A stretch of 64,000 nt of DNA, from assembly GCA_018238155.1 (NCBI GenBank), contig JABCTZ010000033.1, positions 32,001 through 96,000 on the forward strand, read 5' to 3'. The notes below the pieces were generated by a model, which saw nothing but the letters and a program-made list of their open reading frames with translations, did no database searches and was not told the origin of the DNA. Numbering within the stretch: the first letter of the stretch is position 1; every line of letters begins with the position of its first letter. Source of the stretch: Candidatus Heimdallarchaeota archaeon (lineage in GTDB: Archaea; Asgardarchaeota; Heimdallarchaeia; JABLTI01). Positions 1 to 8,612 of the stretch are shown one piece after another. A program made the translations under genes and the position numbers.

Positions 1-646
1 GTTCCATGAAAATAAAAAGCAAGGTATTTAGTGCCAATGATATTACACTAAAGTTAATGAACAAAGTTCCTCTTCTTGCAACAGGATCAGAAATATCCTT
101 TCTAAGGATAAAAAGACTGAAAATCATTCTTACAAGCCCAAGAACAAACAATGGAACAAATAATGCAAGTAACAAAATATAGGAAGGTGCTATAATATAA
201 ATATTTGTCCCAGCAAGAAAGAATTCTACAGTTGCCGGAAATTTCATAGTACCACCTAATATAATTGTAAACATAGTCGTAGTGATTACAGCTGTAGATT
301 CCGCAAATAAGACAGCTGCAATTGATCGTACTAGTTCATTATCACGTAAAATATGTCTTGTCGAAAAATAATAGAAATAAATTATGCTTAATGAAATAAA
401 ATTAATATAGAATCCTTGTAAAATACCTATAGCAACTGTATTTGAAGGACTAAATCCACCAATCCAATAACTAACAGAATTGAATATTTCACCGAAAGCA
501 ATCATTCCAAAAGCAACCATCATAAATATCGAGCCCATAGTTCTCTTTTTGAAAAACGTTCCAGTCATAATAGATGAAAAAATCAATGCGAAAATAGATA
601 TTATTACAGATGTAGTTAAAAAGAATATTGTCATCGAATTTACCAT
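1..646 (-). CDS. Multi-pass membrane protein (at least 6 TM, possibly 7TM), truncated by the window edge; not in the ORF track
   Basis: Hand translation from ATG at 646 (MVNSMTIFFLTTSVIISIFALIFSSIMTGTFFKKRTMGSIFMMVAFGMIAFGEIFNSV...) is open to position 1, has six hydrophobic segments and starts 8 nt after the GTPase stop. Confidence 0.85.
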   Translation of the reverse strand, partial: MVNSMTIFFLTTSVIISIFALIFSSIMTGTFFKKRTMGSIFMMVAFGMIAFGEIFNSVSYWIGGFSPSNTVAIGILQGFYINFISLSIIYFYYFSTRHILRDNELVRSIAAVLFAESTAVITTTMFTIILGGTMKFPATVEFFLAGTNIYIIAPSYILLLALFVPLFVLGLVRMIFSLFILRKDISDPVARRGTLFINFSVISLALNTLLFIFME

Positions 647-654
647 GTTATCAA

Positions 655-1188
655 TCACTCTCCAAGCATTTGTAAGAACCATGTAATTGATTCTACAACT
701 CCTTCACCAGTTTTTGCTGATGTATCAAAAACAGCCCATGTGTGAGAAATTTCATCCTCTAATAATCCAAAATCACGTGTAAACTGTATTCGCTCCATGT
801 GATCAGGTAAATCTGTTTTATTTAACAATATTAAAACAGGAATTTCATTATCAATTTGGCTCCTTAAGATGTCAAGAAAGATTCTTTTTGTTTCTTCAAA
901 TCTAAGGTAATCTGTACTATCAACAACATAGATAAGAGCATTAGATTTCTCGTTTATATCAGACCAAATAGGACGGAAATCTTCTTGCCCACCCATATCA
1001 AAAATATGCAAGTCCAGTTTAGGAAAACTAATCGATTTCCTATTGATTCCCATTGTGGGTGTTGTTTCTCTGAATTCTCCATGTACCAAATAATTAACAA
1101 AAGTTGTTTTACCTGCTTTGTCAAGCCCACAAATTGTTAAATTTACCGGTTTCGATTTCTTTTGAAATAGCTTAAGTATAAAAGACAT
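655..1188 (-). CDS. Arf/Sar-like small GTPase
   Basis: G1 GLDKAGKTT, G2 PTMG, G3 DMGGQ, G4 NKTD, G5 TSAK; amphipathic N-terminus MSFILKLF with no Gly2. Confidence 0.95.
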   Translation of the reverse strand: MSFILKLFQKKSKPVNLTICGLDKAGKTTFVNYLVHGEFRETTPTMGINRKSISFPKLDLHIFDMGGQEDFRPIWSDINEKSNALIYVVDSTDYLRFEETKRIFLDILRSQIDNEIPVLILLNKTDLPDHMERIQFTRDFGLLEDEISHTWAVFDTSAKTGEGVVESITWFLQMLGE

Positions 1189-1208
1189 GATAAATTACCA
1201 CAGTAAAT

Positions 1209-1709
1209 CTATTTCCATAATTCATCTTTTAATGAATCAACAAATTTCTCGCCTCTTTTTTTCTGTTTCTTATCTTTATCTTGAAAATCAAATTCCAAAG
1301 TTACTACTGAACTTATTTTGATCTTAATTTTGCCTTTTACTAAGCCTTCATACATACTTGGTAAAATCTTTGAAAAAGTTTCTGTGTTTCCAAGATTATT
1401 TTTCTTAATTTCAGCAACAGTGAATGAAAAGAATTTTCGCACACTATTACGATCATAAGTAGAATTTTCAAATATTGCTACTAATGAGGCAATATTTTTT
1501 CTATCTTTTCCTGGAATGGAAAAGATATAACTCTCAAATTGACAATCTTGTACAGTGCTAGAAGTGAAATCACCATCTTTTGCACTCATTGGCATACTTT
1601 TTATTACTAATTCATTTAGCAAAGAATCTGGCAAAGCATTAGGATAAACATTCACTAATTCCAAACCAGTTTTTCCCATTTGTGTCAAACAAACGCCTAT
1701 TGGTTTCAT
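1209..1709 (-). CDS. uDENN/longin-like protein (Asgard type)
   Basis: N-terminal strand-G-x-strand-YP pattern (MGKTGLELVNVYP), helix ending KSMP, then YIFSIP...RKNIASLVAIF; 20 nt upstream of the GTPase. Confidence 0.55.
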   Translation of the reverse strand: MKPIGVCLTQMGKTGLELVNVYPNALPDSLLNELVIKSMPMSAKDGDFTSSTVQDCQFESYIFSIPGKDRKNIASLVAIFENSTYDRNSVRKFFSFTVAEIKKNNLGNTETFSKILPSMYEGLVKGKIKIKISSVVTLEFDFQDKDKKQKKRGEKFVDSLKDELWK

Positions 1710-2083
1710 TCATAATACACCCTAAGAATAGATAGTAATTTCTTCTTAATGTCAAATTCTTTTTTTGATTATAAACTAAACGGTTAACGCAAAAATGAGT
1801 AATCTAATTATATGTGTAACTAAATAACGATTCACATAAATTTAAGGATAACTTTAGATTATTATTAGCAATCTTATCTATTAAAAAATCTTTTTTGATT
1901 ACAAATTATACCTCTTTGTTGAACAAAGCTATAAAAAATGGCTTGTTTTGATTTTTCAATTATCAATTGCTCTAAAGAATACTATAGTTCTGCTTCTCTC
2001 GGTTTACACTAGAAAAAGCTAAATTGAATAACTAAACTATTCAAATGTTGAAGCAGCTAAAAAAAAATAAAAAAAATGAAAAA

Positions 2084-3370
2084 TTATGATGTTTTTATTA
2101 CATGAGCATCAAGGTCTTTCATAAGGAATGCCAATATAGTTGCAGTAGCAAAAAGGACAGTCATAATTATAAAATTGATGTAAATGAAATTTGCATTTAG
2201 AGCTTCTGTTAACATTATACAACCGAGCAAAACTATTCCGCTAACTTGTCCTATCCACATCATTAAACCATTCGATGTTTCCTCGGGTAGTGGATGAGTC
2301 ATTTCCGCAGCAAAAGTTAATCCAACGGGCAGTAGAGAAATAAGGAAGAAACCTGAGAAAAATGAAGTAATGTATCTTGAAACATCAATATTGATAAAGT
2401 AGAATAATGGTAGAAGAATTGTTCCAGCACCCATAGCAATTATAATGAATAGTCTTCTTTTGCGGAAGTGATCAGATAAAGCTGAAATAACTATAGCGCC
2501 TATTATACCTCCACCTACTATCAGACTACCAATAATTCCAGGTCGTGGATCATTAATCGGGTAACTAAATATTACATCAATAACAGCTGATATTGCGTTA
2601 AATGATCCGAAGCCTAACAGGAAGATGACAAATAGTAGACTGAAATCTCTTTTCTTAAACATTGATTTGGTCCCTTTAATTGCCAAAGTTTTACTTCTTT
2701 CACTGTATTCATTTGGAGGTGTAGGCGGTTTATCACGTACAAAAATCAAATATAAAATCATTGAAATAAATGCTACAATTCCAAAACTCCAAGTTACCCA
2801 ACTGATTGCTAAATCTGCACCAATTTTTTGCACTAATAATGGCGGAACTAGAAAAGCTATCAGCACACCAAGAAGCATAGACATTGTTCCCAAACCTGAA
2901 GCTAATGTTTTCTCTTTTTCTGGGAACCAAGCAGATGCAAGTTTTGTAAATGAATTCAAAACAAAAGGCTGACCTATTGCAGTTAAGATTTGGAAAATTA
3001 TAAGCAGAGTATAACTTTTGGTTATTATTGCGATTACTCTCAAAAATCCAAAAACACCTGTTAGAATAACACCAACACCAGTGCCCCATTTTAAACCAAA
3101 CTTATCAATTACCCAACAAGCGATAAAATTGACAGGGACATAAGCAATCATGAAGACTAATGCGAGAACTAAAATTGCTATCTCGGATACACCAAAAAAA
3201 GCAGCCGTTTCATCAACAATGACTCCATATGTAACCCAAATGATTTGGGTCATTGCTCCAGCAAACATAAACAAAATAAGTACTAACCAACGATACTTAT
3301 AACTTTTAAAATCTGATTCATTTGTTCTATTATCTATAATATCACTATCAATATTTTGAGCCAATAACAT
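2084..3370 (-). CDS. MFS transporter, SLC49/FLVCR-like
   Basis: About 12 TM; YKYRWLVL start, IDKFGLK and SDHFRKRR MFS loops, GQPFVLNSFTKLASAWFPEKEKTLA. Confidence 0.85.
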   Translation of the reverse strand: MLLAQNIDSDIIDNRTNESDFKSYKYRWLVLILFMFAGAMTQIIWVTYGVIVDETAAFFGVSEIAILVLALVFMIAYVPVNFIACWVIDKFGLKWGTGVGVILTGVFGFLRVIAIITKSYTLLIIFQILTAIGQPFVLNSFTKLASAWFPEKEKTLASGLGTMSMLLGVLIAFLVPPLLVQKIGADLAISWVTWSFGIVAFISMILYLIFVRDKPPTPPNEYSERSKTLAIKGTKSMFKKRDFSLLFVIFLLGFGSFNAISAVIDVIFSYPINDPRPGIIGSLIVGGGIIGAIVISALSDHFRKRRLFIIIAMGAGTILLPLFYFINIDVSRYITSFFSGFFLISLLPVGLTFAAEMTHPLPEETSNGLMMWIGQVSGIVLLGCIMLTEALNANFIYINFIIMTVLFATATILAFLMKDLDAHVIKTS

Positions 3371-3579
3371 CTTGTCTCCTGTTTACCAACTATTTGTGAT
3401 TTTAAATTATGACTCTCGACAATTAAAAAAGATTGTTCAAAAAAACTGCTAAAATGAAGTAATATCTAAAGCAATTATTAAATTATTATCGTAAAAAATT
3501 ATTTTTGAGGTGAAGAGAAAAAACAATTAGAAAATGCCTTAAAAATAGACTTTTTAAATATTAGTATTAAAGAAGAGTC

Positions 3580-4920
3580 ATGAAAAAATTATACATTATT
3601 TTGATTGTTATAGGTTCAATAGTTGCTATTGCATTACCATCGATCTTCTTAGGTGTCTATTTCTATTCACAAAACAAATTAAACAATACTGAAGTCACCA
3701 TAGAAACTTTCGTTATAAATGATTTAACGGATGGTAGCCTTGCAGGGACAGTTAATTTCACTATTAGTGAACCAACACAGGTAGATGCTACTTTTACTAT
3801 AATTACACTTAACGTTAGCTATAACGAACAGCATTTAGGCGATGGAATAGTTTTAACTCCGTCCTTTTCAACAAAAGAAGCAAACCATTCAGCAGATTTC
3901 ACTCTAACAATAACGGATCAACCAGCTTTTGCAGATTTTATCGACGATTTCTCTAATATGACATTATTAACTGTCGATATCGATGTTGTGATTGAATTCA
4001 CTGATGCATTAGCAGCTTTAGGACAAAAAACAATTTCAAAGTCACTTGAAATGAACGGTCTTGGTGCCCTTGATTTCAGTTTACAATCTTTCGAGTTAAC
4101 AAATGTTGTAGAGGAAAGTCTCTTTCTTGAAGTAACTGCGGAAATCTATAACCCAAGTCCTGTTGAAGTTGAAATTTCTTCACTATATTCAGATATAAAA
4201 ACACTAAATTTGACTCACATTGGAAATATTACTAAAAATAACTTCCAAATAAAAACTGGAATCAATATTCTCCAATTTAACACTTGGTTAGATGGTCCTA
4301 AAAACGAGTTGTCAGATTTAATTAGCACATATATCAATTCACTTAACACTACTTTATGGCTTAATTACACAATTACAATTGATGAATTAGATAATTTAGA
4401 GATTAACAAAGATTACTTTATGGTTGAATTTGAAGGAGCACAAACAGATCTTATTTCGATTGAAGTTGAAATGATTTCTTTATCTCTCGGTATTTCTTTA
4501 CCTCTTGTTGTTAGTTATCAAGTAGATACTACCGTTACTATAACCAATCCGATGGATTTTGAAATAAACTTAACAGCTTTCTATGGCAATCTTACTTATA
4601 ATGATGCAGATGGTGCAAGCTTTTCGATTCCGATTCCACCTACAAACTGGAATTATGGACCTGATACTATGATACCAATAACTCCATTAGATTTTAATTG
4701 GACTTCTGCACCGATAGAACTCGACCCATTAGGATTCAAAGAAGAAACTGTTGTATATACAGGTAGTGATATCGAACAAGCCATACGTTTCAATGATGAA
4801 TATTTCCTTAAGAATCAATTATACGTAGATATCATCTTTGGACACCTCTATATCCAGATTGGAGACTTTGAAATCGATTTATTAATATCCATTTATGATA
4901 TTTATGTACCAAATAACTAG
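3580..4920 (+). CDS. N-terminally anchored protein with about three LEA-2/WHy-like beta domains
   Basis: N-terminal TM; repeated (I/V)xNP/EP-x-x-(V/F)-x-hydrophobic motifs (ISEPTQVDATF, IYNPSPVEVEI, ITNPMDFEINL). Confidence 0.6.
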   Translation: MKKLYIILIVIGSIVAIALPSIFLGVYFYSQNKLNNTEVTIETFVINDLTDGSLAGTVNFTISEPTQVDATFTIITLNVSYNEQHLGDGIVLTPSFSTKEANHSADFTLTITDQPAFADFIDDFSNMTLLTVDIDVVIEFTDALAALGQKTISKSLEMNGLGALDFSLQSFELTNVVEESLFLEVTAEIYNPSPVEVEISSLYSDIKTLNLTHIGNITKNNFQIKTGINILQFNTWLDGPKNELSDLISTYINSLNTTLWLNYTITIDELDNLEINKDYFMVEFEGAQTDLISIEVEMISLSLGISLPLVVSYQVDTTVTITNPMDFEINLTAFYGNLTYNDADGASFSIPIPPTNWNYGPDTMIPITPLDFNWTSAPIELDPLGFKEETVVYTGSDIEQAIRFNDEYFLKNQLYVDIIFGHLYIQIGDFEIDLLISIYDIYVPNN

Positions 4921-4923
4921 TTC

Positions 4924-4960
4924 GGCTTGTATCTTTCAAGCCAACTTTCTTTATTTTCTG
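4924..4960 (+). terminator. Hairpin plus T-rich tract after the LEA-2 gene
   Basis: ggcttg-N7-caagcc followed by a pyrimidine run. Confidence 0.35.
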
Positions 4961-5291
4961 TCTCATTTTTTTTGGAAACAATTCTCTATTTTAAAATAGT
5001 AAAAGATATTATATAAACAGATATTATAAAAAAAAGGTATCTCTCAAATCATTCAGATTTAGTTCTCAGAGCTAAAGATGGTTTTTCATCACAAAAAGCT
5101 TTCAATGAAGAAGAGAATATTTTACTATTAGATTTCTTTAAATTACTAAGAACAGCTCGCATAAACCACTGTTAATGGTATTTCACTTAAGATAATTTTT
5201 TGATTTGAAGAAACTCAGAGAAATACTCAAAAATCAGCTAATTACAAGCAGAAGAGGAGTTTTTTCGCTAAAAATAGGCTTTAGAATTTAA

Positions 5292-7676
5292 CTATTCTTC
5301 TCTCAAACTAGCTGCTAACTCTTGGTTAGTATTAAATAACGTTCCAGGGATTGCTGCAATGAAAGTTGTTCCTAATGCAAATACGAAAGTAATCCAAACT
5401 GCAGTCCAACTAAACATATATGGCAATGTTTGTGCGTATTCTGATATTAGATGTAAAAAGGCTAGTGTAAGAGGAAATGCTAAAAGAATTCCACCAAGAA
5501 ATGCTATTGGAGTTAGCACTCCATTTTCAATTTCAGTTATTAGAAAAATTGAGAAGTTAGAAAAACCATAGGCACGCATCAGAGCGAATTCTCTTGTTCT
5601 CTCGAGAGATGAAATGAAAGTTGTGTTGAATATGGCTATAAAAGCAACAATGAAACCCAATATGACTGCAACAAAAGCAATTTCTTGTTCTACACCTATT
5701 ATTTCCATCATTAGCTTCAAGAAAAATTCATGCGTTGTTGCGAAGCTAATATTTGAGTCGTCATTATTTAATGATGCAACAACCTCTTCTTGAAATCCCT
5801 CTTCTACTATCATTCTTACAGCTGAGTAACGTATGAAAGGACCTAGTCTTGTCTTTAAATAATCTATTTGAACTATCACTGAAGTTGGAATCGACCAAGA
5901 ATTTACTACACCAATAATAGTGAATTCAAGTTTCTCCTGATAAAACCAAACGGTAATATTATCTCCTAGTGTTAATCCTAAATTATTCATTATTCGTGCA
6001 TTAATCATACATTCGCTCGATCCCTTTTCAGTAAATCCACTTCCTTCCTTAAAGGCGAAGGTTGTCATATTGCTATTCCAAGGTTGCCCTTCTAAGAACA
6101 TAAACACAGATTCATTACTTGTAGACATTGTTGCAAACCTAAAATAGGGTTCAACAGCTTCAACATGAGAAAGATTTCCATATGAATTTACAATTGCTTC
6201 TGAAACAGGTGAACAGAAATTTGCTTCTATGTCCCAGTTGATTGACTCATTAATACTTTTTGGAATTTGATTGTTGGCTATATCAACAGTAGCTACTAAA
6301 CCAGAACTTAAGGCTAAAGCACTCATCACTGAGATTATTGTCATCCAAGTACGTATTTTTTCTCTGCTCAAATTCCTGATACCAATTCGAGGTATCTGTG
6401 GCAAGTATTTTGTAAACAAGATATAATCCAATATTGATTTCTTAGTTACATCTGTAGTTGTCTTCCCTCGCAAAGCTTCGTAAGGGTTCATTTTTGCAAC
6501 GCCAATTGTAGGAATAACGGCAAATAGCAGTATTGAGCTCATAGCCAGAATACTAACCCAGAGAATCGTAAACCAATTAATGCTTAGAGCAATCACTGAA
6601 ACTCCCCAAGAGCTACCCAAATTCATTGTTATTAGAGCCAACACTCCATAAGATGCGCCTATACCTAATAGGCAACCAAATGCTCCTAATATCGCTGCCC
6701 GGAGGAGAAACATACGAATGATAGCTGAATGCGGAAAACCAAAGCTGTGAAAGACACCTATCAAACTCCTTTGTTCTGAAACAAAACGACTCATAATAAT
6801 ATACATTACAAACCCACAAATTATGATGGTTAGAATCGCACAAACACTAAGGTATCTCGAGATAAGCTCCGCAGTATCCATTAATACTGCTCGAACTGAC
6901 AAATCTCGAGGATAATTAACAAATGTAAGTGGAGCTCCGTTTAAAATACAGTGTGCACGAATTTTTTCACCAATTGCTATTGAGTCCTCGATAGCTGCTT
7001 CTTCATCTAAATATACTAACAGACTGTTGTAAAGACCTGCAGGCATTCCATGCAACTCTCTTGTAACAGTTTCTGTTGTCCAAATAACTGCTTTACTTAC
7101 CAGCTTGAAATTTAACCATTCTATTGAATGAACTAAGCCTACAATTTCAAACGTTTTTTTCCCGGTAAGACCTTTCACAGTGATATTATCACCAAGCTTC
7201 AAACCAACTTCTTTTGCAAAGCTTTTTAGAATCATTACCTCTTCAGCTTTGCCAAGTAATTCACCTTCATAAAGTACTATTTGATTTACTCGAGGTAAAG
7301 CTGAATTATTGATACCAATAAAAACTACCGGAAAAGTTTCCTCTAGGTCCATTGTCGCTCCTTTTGAAACGACTCTTCTCTCAACTAGAGCAGAATTATT
7401 TGTCTCATCTTTCACGATGGTTTCAATTTGTTGAAGAAGTGTTTCATTGAAGACCTTTGTTTGAAAGTCAATATGAGCAAGAGCTAAATTTTCAGATTCG
7501 TTATAAAGTGACAATTGAAGTGAATCTGAAGTACTCAAAAAAGCAATTGGAAAAGCAGTTACTAACATTACTGCAATAATAGTTGTCATGCTTCTTGTTT
7601 TCTTCTGAAAAATATCCCTTATTGCAGATTTAGCAATTAATGAGCTTCTCTTAACTCTATTTGAATCTTTAACCAT
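5292..7676 (-). CDS. ABC transporter permease, duplicated MacB/FtsX type
   Basis: Two repeats of TM, large extracellular loop, 3 TM; EQRSLIGVFHSFGF and ERTREFALMRAYGF motifs. Confidence 0.92.
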   Translation of the reverse strand: MVKDSNRVKRSSLIAKSAIRDIFQKKTRSMTTIIAVMLVTAFPIAFLSTSDSLQLSLYNESENLALAHIDFQTKVFNETLLQQIETIVKDETNNSALVERRVVSKGATMDLEETFPVVFIGINNSALPRVNQIVLYEGELLGKAEEVMILKSFAKEVGLKLGDNITVKGLTGKKTFEIVGLVHSIEWLNFKLVSKAVIWTTETVTRELHGMPAGLYNSLLVYLDEEAAIEDSIAIGEKIRAHCILNGAPLTFVNYPRDLSVRAVLMDTAELISRYLSVCAILTIIICGFVMYIIMSRFVSEQRSLIGVFHSFGFPHSAIIRMFLLRAAILGAFGCLLGIGASYGVLALITMNLGSSWGVSVIALSINWFTILWVSILAMSSILLFAVIPTIGVAKMNPYEALRGKTTTDVTKKSILDYILFTKYLPQIPRIGIRNLSREKIRTWMTIISVMSALALSSGLVATVDIANNQIPKSINESINWDIEANFCSPVSEAIVNSYGNLSHVEAVEPYFRFATMSTSNESVFMFLEGQPWNSNMTTFAFKEGSGFTEKGSSECMINARIMNNLGLTLGDNITVWFYQEKLEFTIIGVVNSWSIPTSVIVQIDYLKTRLGPFIRYSAVRMIVEEGFQEEVVASLNNDDSNISFATTHEFFLKLMMEIIGVEQEIAFVAVILGFIVAFIAIFNTTFISSLERTREFALMRAYGFSNFSIFLITEIENGVLTPIAFLGGILLAFPLTLAFLHLISEYAQTLPYMFSWTAVWITFVFALGTTFIAAIPGTLFNTNQELAASLREE

Positions 7677-7696
7677 TATGAAGCACCTAGGAAACT

Positions 7697-8401
7697 CTAT
7701 TTGAGATTGATTGTTTTTCTTTCGTCCTTGACGATTTTACCAGACTCGAGATGTAACACTCTATCAGCAAATTTAGTAATGCTCTGATCGTGAGTAACTA
7801 AAATAACTGTTTTCGATTTCTTTTTGCAAATTTCGCGAACAAGTTCAATGATTTTTATTCCTGTTTCTTGATCAAGTTGCCCTGTAGGCTCATCCAATAT
7901 AACTACTTCAGGATCTTTAGCTAAGGCTCTAGCAATTGCTACTCTCTGACGTTCTCCACCAGATAGCTGTGATGGAAAATTATTCATTCGATCTGTTAAA
8001 CCAACAATTTCCAATGCTTCCGTTGATTTCTTATTTAGCTCTTTACCTTTGATACCAACTAACTCCATCATTAATTGAACGTTCTCAATTGTAGTAAGTG
8101 TGGGTATTAGCGAATAAAATTGAAATACATAAGAGAGTTTTTCTTTGCGGAATTTAGTTAGTTGTGAGGGGGAGAAATCAGTTATAATCTCACCGTTTAA
8201 AGACACTTTTCCAGAAGTTGGATAATCAATACCTCCAAGAATATTTACTAGTGTAGTTTTTCCGCTTCCAGATGGACCCATAATAAACAATATTTCGCCT
8301 TCATTGATACTGAAACTGACTTCTCGTAAGGCATGCACAATAGTCGTTCCTAAATGATAGTCCTTTGTCAAACCTTCAGCTTGGATATAATAATCAGCCA
8401 T
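7697..8401 (-). CDS. ABC transporter ATP-binding protein, LolD/MacB type
   Basis: GPSGSGKTT, LSGGERQRVAIARAL, ILDEPTG, VTHD. Confidence 0.96.
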   Translation of the reverse strand: MADYYIQAEGLTKDYHLGTTIVHALREVSFSINEGEILFIMGPSGSGKTTLVNILGGIDYPTSGKVSLNGEIITDFSPSQLTKFRKEKLSYVFQFYSLIPTLTTIENVQLMMELVGIKGKELNKKSTEALEIVGLTDRMNNFPSQLSGGERQRVAIARALAKDPEVVILDEPTGQLDQETGIKIIELVREICKKKSKTVILVTHDQSITKFADRVLHLESGKIVKDERKTINLK

Positions 8402-8612
8402 TCTGTTTCCTCACAAATTTCTCAGAAGTTTCCATTATTTTGAGTGTTTTTTTTAATAATAAGGATTTTCATTCTAATTTTCCATCAAATATTTGATGAT
8501 TATTCAGTTTATCCACAAATGAACTTGGATATTATTAAGCTGTAATTTAAAATTGAAAAAAATAAGGTGAGAAAGAAAAAAATAGAGAAAAAATAATTCA
8601 TGTCTAAATGAA

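Noticed and set aside
5041-5290. Possible aminotransferase class V C-terminal remnant (LREILKNQLITSRRGVFSLKIGF)
   Set aside because: Too short and degraded to support without a search.
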